From positions 23,314,001 to 23,378,000 of the forward strand of contig NC_045696.1 of the NCBI RefSeq assembly GCF_009834535.1: a DNA stretch of 64,000 nucleotides. The letters are read 5' to 3'. The position numbers and the translations under genes were made by a program. Each line of letters begins with the position of its first letter. Within the stretch, counting starts at the first letter, position 1. The notes beneath the pieces were generated by a model that did no database searches, was not told the origin of the DNA, and worked only from the letters and a program-made list of their open reading frames with translations. Below, in pieces: positions 41,501 to 54,203 of this stretch. Source of the stretch: Camelus ferus (lineage: Eukaryota).

Positions 41501-43439
41501 GTAAGTCAAGCAAGGGGTCTCCCATTTTTTAATAATTTATAAATTTAGCTTCTATTTTTCACTCATCCAAACACAAATGCAGAATGAGTTAACTCCCTAG
41601 ACTTTTGGGGAAAAAAATGTTCAGAGATGATATCTAAAATGAGACATCCTTTATGGTTTATTGTGACATTATACTTTCCCAAATCATTTTGTTAAACAAT
41701 TCAAGTGTAGTTTCCCTTTGATTAAACTGATAAACATATCTCAGATAACTTCTCTTCAATTTGATTCCTGCTTTATTTCAAGCCCTGTAAGAATCAAGGC
41801 AATCTATTTTCTTGAGTTCTACTTAAAAATAAACTAACAAACAAACAAAACGAGGTTCAATTTTATAAATTTAGAATAAAAAATGAAGTAGTCAGGATAG
41901 AATGTTTTCATGCATAAAGACAGCATCATCAAAAGGGGTTCTTAATTACGTGTGTAGGAACTTGATCTCAAAACTAATATGTATCCCTGACATTATCTGG
42001 CCAAGTATTTTAGATTGACATGTTGTGTTCCCATTTCATATTTCTGGTACTAATGAATTTTTATTTATTTTATTAGGAGGAAGGCCTATAGCAAGAGGGG
42101 GATTTATTCTAATTGTATGACTAATTGTTTATATATTCATTTTTCAAGAACAATCATAATTAATAAAGAGAAAGCTTTGAGATTAGGTGCTTATGATTCT
42201 TTTTCAGTTGATAATCAACTGGTATATGACGAGATACAGTAGAAGTTTTAAAAGTAAAAATTTTAAAAGGAAAAACATATACTTAAAATGTTTTCCCTCA
42301 TACTATAAATAAGTAGTAAAAATATCAAAGATTAAACAAGTATGCAATAAAAAAATTACAGTTCTATCCTTGCCTTTGTTTTAAAAGTCACTGAGCTGTG
42401 AAATGAGGAGAAAACAAGTCAAGAGGAAGAAAATGATGAGTCAACTTTGCTGCTTTCCTGAACTGAGTATTTAATGAAAAAAACTGGACCTGTGACAGCA
42501 TAGGCCACTACACTGTAGAAAGAGAATGATTAAAGAAGGTGGAGGAAGCGATGGCCCAAATTTGACCTAATTTTGACCACATTTTAGCCAGTGAAATAAA
42601 AGAAACATGAATTTTTGGATAAAGTTATTATGTCATCTTAGTTTTTATGTTCTTCAAGAAGAGAATGTTATTCATTCATTCACATCTTAATTATGATTCA
42701 CCAATCTGTCATAGGAATAAAGACATTGAAGGCAATTTTAATTCTGACTATATGCCAGGGATTCTGCTCATGTCCTTGGAGTGGAAAACTATTACTAACC
42801 CTATGTATTGGTGTGGAAATTCAGGCTGACAGAAGTTCAGTGACTTGTGTAGAGGGATTGAAAAAAAGGATTTCAGTTCAGTTCTGTCTGACCTCAGAGG
42901 CAAGGTCTATCCCTAGAGCATCCTGCATCCACTGCCTCTGTGTATCTGCGTTACCCTTGATGTCAAGCACAGAAGGATGATCACACTAAAATCCTGACTT
43001 CAAAATTTCAGTTTGATAAAAAATATTGTAGTCATTGTGATCTAAATTTCAGGAAGAGATTTAAGCATTATATTCTTGTGGACAAAACTGGGCAGGGGCC
43101 TCCTTATTAAGAAAATAGGGAGGCAAGGAGAGAAATGAATGAGAACTTCAACTCAGAATATTTACTATATACCAGGAATTAGACTAATTTATTTAATCCT
43201 AATAGTAGCATTTCAAGCTTCATGATATGGTTCTCCTCTAAAGACCAAAAAACCCCAGAGAGTTATTGATAATTCACACATTAAACCACATGGTAGTTCA
43301 TTAATTCAATGGGCACACTGCTTTTCACACCAGCAAATGTAAAAATGGCTCAATGATCATCCCCACAAGGGTGGAACCAACGGGCAATCAGTGAGACCTT
43401 GCTACTAGCATACTGCCACACTTCTTCTGTTTTGGTATA

Positions 43440-43880
43440 TTTAAGAATTCGTTAGTCTGATGAAGTAGGAATAAAAGAGGGCTTGAAAAAGGGTGAAGAG
43501 GGACAGACAAAAATTGTTTATTTGATGAAAGAATCAACTCATACTTAGATTCACTAGTCAGAACAATGATTCAAGCCTAACAAGATAAAACTTAACAGGA
43601 AAAATGATAAAATTCAGCTGTAAGAATTTGAAAAAGAAAACTGCAAGAGTACAGAAGAGCACACAGAGTGGGCATGAATGAATGAGTTTTTAGTGTATTT
43701 CAAGTCCGTACTGGTCAGTAATGTGATGTGTGACAAAGGGGCAAAAACATCTAGTAAAAACTTAAGCTAGAGTGGCCGCAACAGGGAAGGCAGAAACTCC
43801 ATTTCACAGGCCTTTGTAATCACAAAGTAAATGGTTGTTTCGATTTGGGACATTTTCGCAAATTGGAATGATCCTTGCTG
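43440..43880 (+). mobile_element. L3/CR1 LINE fragment
   Basis: 'aacaagataaaacttaacaggaaaaatg', 'aactgcaagagtacag', 'gtcagtaatgtgatgtg' resemble L3 RT/3' sequence. Confidence 0.6.
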
Positions 43881-43982
43881 TTACAGAAGACATTTGTGCA
43901 TTCTGAGGTTTCTTGAAACTGGTAATTGTGTGAAACCCTTATCCTGTGGAAAATTCTCTTCTTTTGTTATTGTTATACTCAC

Positions 43983-44074
43983 CAAAATTTGAAACTTTCC
44001 TTCTATTACTCTAACCCAATGGCCTGCAAGTAATTCCTTGTTCAGTTTCAACCCACTCATCAGTTGCTCTGGAT
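43983..44074 (-). other. Candidate internal exon (92 nt) of an unidentified minus-strand transcript
   Basis: Acceptor ttttcctcgcttgtatctcatttag and donor TTG|gtgagt; one open frame (PEQLMSGLKLNKELLAGHWVRVIEGKFQIL); no repeat recognised here. Confidence 0.35.
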
Positions 44075-44681
44075 CTAAATGAGATACAAGCGAGGAAAAC
44101 TCCACCGTTTGATGATCTGTGCAGATCAGTGTGGGGAAGGACTTGTGTTACAGTCTATATGTCAGTTACCATCTGGAAAAGGTGAATGATGATTTGACAA
44201 AGATGGTAGTGAGATGGGCTTTTTTCTTTAATGTTATTTTAATTTTATATTTAAAGACTCATTATAAGTATCAAAGAGAAGTTAGTTTCATCTTTAATCT
44301 TGTATTAATTTAATACAATGTTAATACAATAATTTAATCTTGTCCTAACAATATTTTAAAAAATAGACACCTTCTTCAAGTCTTTGCTCAAATATCACAT
44401 ACCCTGAGGACCTTATTAAATGCTATAAATACCCTATCTAATTCTTTTTTCTTAGCTCTTACCACCTTCTGACATGGGCTAAAATGTACTTACTTTTTCC
44501 TCTGTATTGATCATTATCCATCTCATTTCATTAACATGTATATTGCATCTGAGAGCATGCTTTTTGTCTGTTTGTTTACCAATAACTCTCAAGCCCATAT
44601 GAATGAGTATATTTATAATATCCCCTAACACATTTTGAGTGCTTACTATGTGACAAGCAATGTTCTTTACTTATTGCATTT

Positions 44682-46901
44682 GTTACGGTTCAGTTGCAGG
44701 GAACAGAATCCACATTTCACATTTTGAGCCTCAAATGATTTACTATTGGGTGTTAAATGCCCTACAGAATTGCTGGCAGGCCTGGAAAAAAAACACTCTA
44801 GGTTGAACTTTTAGGAAGAACTCCTAAAGCCACAATTCAGGACTAGGCCATGGTGAAAACTAGCACTGCTTCTACAGAGGGAAGCTGCCTGGAAAACTGG
44901 GAAGCTTCCAGTAAAGCAGCTAGCCCCAGAACCACATCATCACCAACCTAAAGTGTTAGCGACCAAGATTTATAAACCGACAAGATCATAGTCGTTACCA
45001 ACAGGAAACCACATCTACTGCTGCTGGATTCAAGATCATGTCTCATTTTCTACATCATCCACATCACAACCAGGGACTCATTCTTTTTTCCTGAATTTTT
45101 AATATTGCTCATTTCTTCTTCCTTGTATTCATCTGCTCTATGTTCCTCTCTGCTGCAGAATGACTTTTCTGTCTCCAATCCACCTATGAGAAGCTATAGC
45201 TTTAAACAAAGAACTCATACAATTCAACATCTCAAAAACAAACAACCAATTAAAAGATCGGCAAAGGATCTGAATAGACATTTTTTCCAAAGAAGACATA
45301 AAGATGGCCAATAGGCACATGAAAAGACACTCAACATCATTAATCATCACGGAAATGCAAATCAAAATCACAATGAGGTATCACCTCACACCTGTCAGAA
45401 TGGGTATTATCAAAAAGACAACAAATTAAAAAAAAAAAGAAATACAACAAATAGCATGTGTTGGGGAGGATGCAGAGAAAAGGGATTCCTTGTACACTAT
45501 TGGTAGTACTGTAAATTGATGCTGTAACTATGGAAAAGAGTACAGAGATTCCTCAAAAAATTAAATATAGAACTACCACATGATCCAGCAATCTCACTCT
45601 TCACTACTGACCTGAAGAAAATGAAAACACTAATTTGAAAAGATATTTCCCCCTATGTTTATTGCAGCATTATTTACAATAGCCAAAATAGATATGGAAG
45701 CAACCTAAGTGTCCAACAATAAATGAACAGATAAAGAAGATGTGGTATATAAACATACAATGGAATATTACTTAGCCATAAAAAATGAAATCTTGCCATT
45801 TGCGCCAATGGATGGACCTAGAGGGTATTAGGTTAAGTGAAATAAATCAGACAGAGGAAGACAAATATGGTTTGATTTCACTTATATGTTGAATCTATAA
45901 AACAAGTGAACAAACATAACAAAAAGAAAAAAAAACCCAAAATCGTATATACAGAGAATAATCATGTGGTTGCCAGAGGAGAGAAATAAGTAAAGGAGAT
46001 TAAAAGTTCCAGACATTTAGTCGCAAAATAAATGAGTCACAGGTTTGAAATGTCCACTGTGGGGAATATAGCCAATAATTATGTAATATCTTTGTATGGT
46101 GATAGACAGTAATTAGACTCATCGTGCCGATCATTTTGAAGAACGTAGAAATATTAATTCACTATGTCATGTAACAGGAACTAACATACTGTTGTAGGTC
46201 AATTAAACTTCAAAAACAAACAGACTCATAGAAAAAGAAATCAAATTTCTGGTTGTCAGAGGTGGATGTAAGGGGAGGGGAGTTTGGGTGAAGGCAGTCA
46301 AAAGGTAGCAACTTCTAATAAGATAAATAAGTAGTAGGGACATAATGTAAAACATGATAAATATAATTAACACTACTTTTGTTATATATGCAAGTTATTA
46401 AGAGAATAAATCCTACAAATTCTAGTCACATTAAAATAAAAAATTTTTTTCTATTTCTTTAATTTTGACTCTATTTGAGATGATGGCTATTCACGAATTT
46501 TTTTCCGGTGATCATTTCTGGTGATGATTTATGTAAGTCAAATCATTACACTGTATACCTCAAATTCATATGGTGGTGTATGTCAATTATATCTCAATAA
46601 AACTGGAAGGGAAAAAAAAGAGAAACTATAGCTTTTGACAGCTCCTAAATTTTACATGTCCCAACCCAGGCAATGAGAAAAAATTGAGCTGGCTCACAAT
46701 CCCAATTTCAAAGCAGAAGAGAAGAATCTTGATTGCGTAAGATGCTCACCACTGATTAAAACTCACCACTCTATTAACAGAAGCCATAGAATAAGCTGGA
46801 TTATGTTTTACCAAGATACCAATATGAATGGAGAGAAGTAGAAAGGGGAAATTAGAAGGTGCAGTGGTGGATGAAGTAAAAATACAATGATATCTACCAC
46901 A
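44682..46901 (-). mobile_element. Old MLT1 LTR split by a younger L1
   Basis: Start 'tgttacggttcagttgcagggaacagaatccac', end 'tatctaccaca'; halves flank the L1 at 45204-46620. Confidence 0.55.
45204..46620 (+). mobile_element. 5'-truncated artiodactyl-type L1 (L1_Art-like) with target-site duplication
   Basis: ORF2 C-terminus 'aatgcaaatcaaaatcacaatgaggtatcacctcacacctgtcagaatgg'; ends 'tctcaataaaactggaagggaaaaaaaa'; TSD agaagctatagcttt (45189-45203) vs agaaactatagcttt (46621-46635), 14/15 identical. Confidence 0.93.
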
Positions 46902-47651
46902 GTGATATTTGCCAAAAACTGCCCAGTCCTACTTACTGAAGCCACAGGCTGAGAAGATAAAGTCTAGCATATCTTCAAATAGCAATACTTGAGCTTTTGA
47001 ATCCTTTTTCCTTCAGGTTATAAGTTGCCTTGCCCCTCCTCTAAATGACTTTACCCCAGCTCATCTTTTAACACTAAGTGGCCAAGACATGGCCCCAAAG
47101 ATAGCACTAACAATACAGTCTGATCCAGGAAAGGGCCATAAGTATAAGAAATGTGACTGAAAAAATAATCATCCCTATACCTTTTGGAGAAAGATAGATT
47201 TAAACCATCATTGTGAAAAAGAAGTGTAATGTCTGGGCAAGAAACAGACAAGTACGCAATAAATTCTTTCAATTTACATAGAAAAAATTTTTTAAAAATA
47301 GCTTTTTTGAGAATTCTTCCAAAATTTCATAATTATTTTAAAATCCCACTGCAACTCAGTTGTTACCTAACTAATAAACGATCGTAAGGACACACTATTC
47401 ATACCATATTTGAGTTCAAGGGTTGAACAGCAAACCATAAATACTCGACCTCAACCATTATCACTTTTTGAGTCAGTTTTCCTTTCCAATTTTTTAAATT
47501 ATAAAAAGCACCAAGAAATAACCCTATTTTCCCTTTAAATGATTTTAGAAGAAATAATAACCACACCTGATATTGAGAAATGCAACAGACTGTGTGTGAC
47601 TGACTGACACAGGGTATGGAAGGCAGGCTGTGCATATCAGGGGATGGGCTT

Positions 47652-48061
47652 GGTGTCAGCCATCTTTCAGTTGTGTTCACAGCCTCCACCACACCACGGT
47701 CACTCCCTAATGCCAGTGCAGACTCTGGGTCACAGAGCTCTAGGGGAAGGAGAAGTAGGGTAAGTAAGGAGACCTCCATACCAAGGATCCTACAAAGCCG
47801 ACTGGCTGCAAATTGACCAGTGGTAGAGCAAGGAGGAAGCAACTGGCTCTCAAAGGGGCTCACAAGAGTGCGCCCTCTACTGGAAGGGGGAAGAAACCTC
47901 ATCATTATAGGCCTGATACTGTGGCATGCCAAGAAGTTAGACATCATCAGAAGTCCACTGAACTGATTCACAATCTTCCCTTCTAGCATCTGATGCAAGA
48001 AATTTCTCAGGACTTCAATACAAATTTGTGCTTCCAGAGCACAGCTATTGGAGCTTTGCAA
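47652..48061 (+). pseudogene. H3F3A: Processed histone H3.3 pseudogene derived from H3F3A (H3-3A), 3'-truncated
   Basis: 5'UTR 'ggtgtcagccatctttcagttgtgttc...gggtaagtaaggag' joined without introns to a CDS from 47783 (ATG mutated to AAG) reading ..[42 protein letters not shown]3.3-specific S31 and AIG motif; stop at 47984; many CpG-to-TpG/CpA changes. Confidence 0.95.
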
Positions 48062-49124
48062 AGAAAAAAACAATGGAAATAATACATGACATTAGGAAAT
48101 CAATCTCAACATTAGATGTATGTTGGTATCTCTGAAGACTAGAGTAATATACTTCTGCCTCCTTTCAAGTCCTAGTCTAAAGCTATACTGTATTAAGGCC
48201 ACCAAATAGTTAATATGTGTAATCATTTGGTTTTAGTGCTTGAGGCCAATATAAATTATATCCAACATTGAAAGCTAAAAGGCTTGATAGCTAGCTCAAA
48301 TATCCTAGGAAGGAAGTTATCTGTGCAGTCCCACATCAATTACAAACACCAGATTTTTTTTTTTAATCAACCATCATGATGTATCTACCTTAAAGCAGAC
48401 TCTAGTATGTCCTCAAATTTAATGAACTTTACATGTCCAGCTCAGACCCCCATTTCTTCAGATTTCCAAACATCCTCTATTAACGCCTAAAGCTTTCAGA
48501 CACACAGGTACTGTTTAATGGATTTTACAATGTTGAATCTCATCTAATAAATGAATATGTATCTCTGCTTGGAGGCAGGAAAAATGTGATGTTCTACTTT
48601 AAACAAAGAAACATAAATATTTTTAAAATGTAGCTTGTTTCCCTTTATCTTATAGTGTACATTAAAATGTCTAATATGCGAAACTGTCACTGAAATAGCT
48701 ACTATTACAGTTTTTAAAGGAAAATTACACTGTGAGTTACTTATAATTAACACATAAAATGACAACATATATAAACAGAAATGGGAAATATTTCCTGAGC
48801 ATTACGCTTCCTATAGAAAACTACTTAATTGCAAATTACAGAGAAAAAACTTTTCTGTAACATGCTTTTGCAAACATAGCATTCGTTTATAACTCCTATT
48901 TAAAATATAATATTAAAAACTGGGCAAAAGGATTATTTATATGTTAAATGTAATTACAAATAAAGTTCTTTAAAAATGAAATAGAAAGAATAAAAGCAAG
49001 TAAGGGAATTTGTAATACAAATTCCAAAAGCAATTAGCAGTGAATTTGCTAAGATATATTTTGACAAACACCTTCACCAAATCAAAATTCAAAGTTCAAA
49101 ACAATTTTTTATTAAAATAATACC

Positions 49125-49385
49125 TTTTTTCTCTTTTTATATTTAAAATTTTTATCGAAGTGTAGTTGATTTACAATGTTAGTTTCAGGTGTACAGCAAA
49201 GTGATTCAGTTATATACATATACATACATATATATTTTTTCTTTTCAGATTCTTTTCCATTATATGTTATTACAAGAAATTGAATATATTTCCTTGTGCT
49301 ATACAGTAGGTCCTTGTTGTTTACCTATTTTATATATAGAAATGTGTGTCTATTAATCCCTAACCCCTAATTTATCCCTCCCTAT
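49125..49385 (-). mobile_element. Young cetartiodactyl L1 3' end
   Basis: 'gaagtgtagttgatttacaatgttagtttcaggtgtacagcaaagtgattcagttata...tgtgctatacagtaggtccttgttg'. Confidence 0.9.
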
Positions 49386-49529
49386 CCTTTAATTATATGG
49401 CTTTACTTGATAATTTCTGTTTAGCAACTATTCTATCTAAGTATCAGAGCTTATAAACCAAATCAGCATCACTGAGTAGTATTTTGGAGATAATCATTTC
49501 CTGATAAAGTTAAAACATTAAGATATATT

Positions 49530-50155
49530 TATTCAACAAATAAACCCTGAGTAGCTATTCTCTATTGGATACTACTAGGTACTAGAAACAAGGTAATACA
49601 CAAATTGAACTGGTCCCATGAGTAAGGGGGAACAGATATTAAACAGTCACACATACATAATACACATCACATATATATGTGGGTGTGTGTTGGTGTGTGT
49701 GTACATTTGTAGAAAAGGTAAATATTTTTGTGAAACGTTTTTTAAGCACGTGTGTGTATTTATGTGTGTAATGTATGTCCTGAATGATGATGCAAAATAC
49801 ATTTCTTACTGTGATCAAAAAACACAAAAGCTACTTATCTAGAAAGTGAATGTAGCTTCATATGTTTACAGGAACAAGAACATGAAGATTAGACATATTA
49901 CGAATTTCAGGCAGACATCAAATATTTTTAAGCAGCAGGCAATATCATGATCAGGTTTTCATTCCAAAAATATCCTTTGGATTTTGTGTGAGAATAGATT
50001 ATGGAGAAACAAGAGCAGAAGTGGAAACATCAATGGAGAGGTTATCTATCATTCAGGCTGAAATGATTTACGTAGAGACAGTAGAGATGGAGAAAGGTGG
50101 ATGAATTTCAGATACAATAGGAAGGTTGAGATGAAAGGACTCTACTAAGAGACAT
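49530..50155 (-). mobile_element. L2 remnants with a TG/CA-rich insert
   Basis: 'tttattcaacaaata', 'gagatggagaaaggtggatgaatttcagatac'. Confidence 0.6.
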
Positions 50156-50991
50156 GCACACATTAAAACTGACTGAGACACAGACACACACATATGCACA
50201 CACACATGCGTGAGTACACATCCCCCAGGAAGGAAAGGAGGGAGGAAAACAGAAAGATAGGAAGTAAAATAGATGCCATCATACCTCCCAACTTTTTTAG
50301 GGCGGACCATAATCAAGATCATCCACAGTAAGCATCGTCTGGTTATGAAGATGCAGTATCAATTATCAGCTATGGGCTAAGCACAGAGAGGGAATTATTT
50401 TCAACACTGTCAGAAATTACCTGTTTTGCATCACAATGGAAAATATCCTTCCATTCCATGTAAAGATAGTGGCAACCGTAGCTTTTGCCATAGCTCTCTC
50501 TGTTGCAGACAAACCCATACGGTGAAAAACGTGGCACTCAGGAGTGTTAGAAATAAACAATGAAAATACGAATAACCACTGCTATTTTCACAGTTATTGG
50601 TTGTCCTCACTACAGACGATAATATTAAGACTCAAAAAGATACTGGACAAAATCCAAAGCTTTCTCCTTTTCTTTTGCCTCTGAAAAGAGAATCCAAAGA
50701 GATGCAAGGACCTAGACCTTACTAACTGGGAGGAAGATGAGCATTAGAGGGATTGATCTTTCCAAGGACTGGGCCTAAAATTATGAACCAATTCTTTCTC
50801 TCTGAGACTATGCATTTCAGAATTTGAGATGGGAGGGGTCATGACAGGAAAAACACTGACCCTGCTGATCACTATAATAATTCTAATGAAAAGCAAACCA
50901 ATCAAAGAAAAAATTAATGTGTACCAGGTATTGTAGCTGATATGGTTACTAAATTGATTTGTCCACATGATTAAAAGAAAAGTGCTCTAAA

Positions 50992-51222
50992 TTAGTGATT
51001 AGGACTGTAGATTCTAGAGACAAGCTGTCTAGGTTAACCCTCTGATTAGTTGTATGATCTTAGGCAAGACAATCTGTGTTTCTAAGCCTCAGTTTACTTA
51101 TCTTTAAAATGGGAATAAAAACCATACCTCCATCATGATATGCTGTAAGAACTAAATGAGGTTCATTCATAAACAGAGTCTAAAGCTTGATATATAGTAA
51201 ACATTCAGTAAATGTTAGTTGT
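50992..51222 (+). mobile_element. MIR SINE
   Basis: 'gatcttaggcaag...tctaagcctcagtttacttatctttaaaatgggaataa'. Confidence 0.85.
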
Positions 51223-51619
51223 TTCAATTAGTGTCACAGTGCTATAATTATTACTAAAATAGAATATGACATTTGTTTATTTAATTATTATTTATCAAGA
51301 ATCTGCTATTGAGAAGACAGCTAAAAATTATGTTTGCCTTTAAAAAACATTAAGATAGGTTTACCAGGTATGAATTATTCTGATACCAACAAAACAAGCA
51401 ATACAATTTACATAAATTATTTTTTTAATAAGATTAACTCCAAGTCATAACCACAATAGCTGAGCTTGTGGGAAGTTCACTATTAATCCACTTCTGAGGC
51501 TTTCCCCAGACTCTCTGAAGTCATATAAGATCATACAAGAATTTTAGGCCCATGTGGTCCAGGAGGTAAGGAGGCTCATGGTTCTTAGATTATAGTATTC
51601 ACTACTGCCAGAATTATTT

Positions 51620-51872
51620 TTTTGATCTTTTATTTTAAAAAATAATTAATTAAGATATAATTGATATAATATTATGTTAGTTTCAGATGTATAGCATAAT
51701 GATTCAATATTTGTATATATTAGTCCAGGTAATATCTGCCATCACACATAGTTACAACTTTTTTTTCTTGAGAACTTTCAAGATCCATTCCCCCAGCTAC
51801 TTTCAAATATGCAATACAGTATTATCAACCATAGTCACCACGCTGTACACTACATCCCCATCACTTACTCAC
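51620..51872 (-). mobile_element. L1 (L1MA-like) 3' end
   Basis: 'tatgttagtttcagatgtatagcataatgattcaatatttg', 'tttcaaatatgcaatacagtattatcaaccatagtcaccacgctgtaca'. Confidence 0.88.
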
Positions 51873-52939
51873 TGCCACAACTCTTAAACCAGATCCATCT
51901 GGAAGCAGGAATTGTCATTCATGTTGCACTCAGCCTTGAAGGCCATCAAAGACAGGCACACTTGGTGTTAAATCTACATTGGGTTTTACTAGCTGTGGGG
52001 CACTTTATTCAAGTAGGTATACATTCCTTCCAAGAACCTAAAACTTTTCTTCTCCACTAACCCAGAGAAATTTCTGTTCCTCATTTCAGCAGTGGGACTT
52101 CCATTCTTTACTGCTGAAGATTCACTTGCTCCCATTCAGTGGCAAAATAGTTTAGCTTTCCTTCAAGAGTTGAGAATTTAAAATTTAAAACCTGTTTGGG
52201 GTTTTCTCCCAGATGGCCCATTCTGTCCAGAAATCTTTTTTCTTCCCTATGCTGGAACATAAAAATGCTTTGACAGCTGACCACCCTCCTAAAATGAGAT
52301 GGGGGAATGGGAAATATCATTCTGTTTTTCCTGAGAAGTAATAAGCATCAAAACAAAATTTAATTTTTAGAAGGTTATTCTCTGGAATTTTTTCTGCTAA
52401 CATTGCTGACTATAATGCAAATATAGTAATGGGAAACTTTATTTTAAAATAATAATTTTAAATGCTTTTGGAAATTCTACTCGCACATGTAAAATGACAT
52501 AGTTATGAGGATTCAGTAAAATAGTAAGTGTTAAAAAATTTACTCAATATTAAAACAGTAAATAAACATTATGTATACATATTTACAGTTCTTTACTTCA
52601 TTAATATTAATATAGAGCAAATACAATAACAGTCAAAAGATAATCTTATCAAATTGTTTCCACTGAATCTTTCGAAATGCATCAGAGAAATATCAATGAA
52701 CAAAGAGCAAAATAATTTGAAAAGAAAAAGAATTAGCATGCTAAATATCTTTGACTATGGAAAAATATAGTTATTTTTCAGAGATAATTGTTTCTGTTGT
52801 TTTTTTTAATTCATTTTTTAAAGTTCACTATGAGCTGGGACAACCTAAAAGTAATTTACTTCAAAGTATATTGTAAATTATAGATAATATATCTTATGAA
52901 CTGGTGTTTCCAAAGTGTACATAGTTCATACTCAATAAT

Positions 52940-53092
52940 AATAACAATAATAATAGCAGCTAACATTTACTGAGTATGAACTATGTGCTTAGAACACTGT
53001 TCTAAGTACTTCATATATATTAAGTCAATTGGTTCTCATGAAAATTGTGTGAAGTAGCTCTTTTTATTTCTCCTTTTTATAGATGGAAATGT
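52940..53092 (-). mobile_element. MIR SINE
   Basis: 'gcagctaacatttactgagt...actgttctaagtact...tttttatagatggaaa'. Confidence 0.8.
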
Positions 53093-54203
53093 TCATGTGT
53101 AATGAGAGGGAGGAGAGAATAAGTATGAGGGCCCTTACTATGGTGGAGAATCAAGTGCAACATAGAGGGGCATATGAGATGAGGCCACCAAGTAATGAAG
53201 AAGCCAAGTCATAAAAATGTACAAACATTTATAATAACTTTGGACTTCACTTTGATGGAGCCACTGGAAACTTTTAAGCAGGGAAGAGGCATGACCATAT
53301 TTGCGCTTTAGAAAGACCATTTTTACAGTTATATGCATACAGAAAGAGGGGAAGAAACATGGAAACAGAAATCCTGGTTATGAGAAGGTACCAATTATAA
53401 GAGCTCATTCCCAAAATATAATATGGATGATTGTACAGGAGTCTACAGTTTATGAAACTTTTAACAAGACTTTTGTTCCTGACCAAGACAACAGGAACTT
53501 AATTTGCCTTCCCAAATTAAACAACTAGAAAGTCAGGCAAAATATATACAATAGTTTCCATTTGTTGGACAACAGGAAATAGAGGGGTGCGATACGCGAA
53601 AGGAGGGAAACATTCAAGGCAATTCCTAAGATTGCTGCAGCTTACTGCCTGCAGGTGATTTCCAGACCACAGAGCAGAGGGTGAACCCAAATAGAGCCTG
53701 GCAGTCCCTCTCAGTTGAGGAGTCAGGAATTAAAATTGGGGAGGTCACAGGGGCTATAATTTGTACAAGGAGTTACATACAGAGACAGGTCTGGAGATGT
53801 GTAGAGGGGCTCCCCAAAGTCTTTGGCTGAGTACTGACCTATGCATGCATGAAAGGAAACTACCAGAGACTGGAAAAAGTACCACCACAGAGGATTAGGC
53901 AGAACAACTCCTGGAGCTCACAGAGGGCTGGGAATAAATTTTGTTCCCACAAGCTAGACTGAAAATTCCTCATAATACACATGAACCAGGTAGAATCCTT
54001 AGAATAATGTCACTTTAGTGGTGATATGTATTGTTCCAGAAATAAAGTATGTAATACAGCTTAAAAGTGTATCTAAATAAAGTCAAATTGATTCTAAGTA
54101 TCTTAATTATAAGCAAAAATAAAAATATGCACTATTTAAAAAGCTACAACAAAATCAAGTCATTTATGTCACAAACAACATCAAAAGAACAGTATTTAAC
54201 AAG

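Noticed and set aside
47399..48073. 224-aa minus-strand ORF
   Set aside because: Antisense shadow of the H3.3 pseudogene running into AT-rich flank; no ATG start and no recognisable protein
50421..50499. Minus-strand AG/GT-bounded 79-nt segment, overlapping a plus-strand acceptor at ~50508
   Set aside because: The frame compatible with the next candidate exon contains a stop, and signals on both strands suggest pseudo-exons
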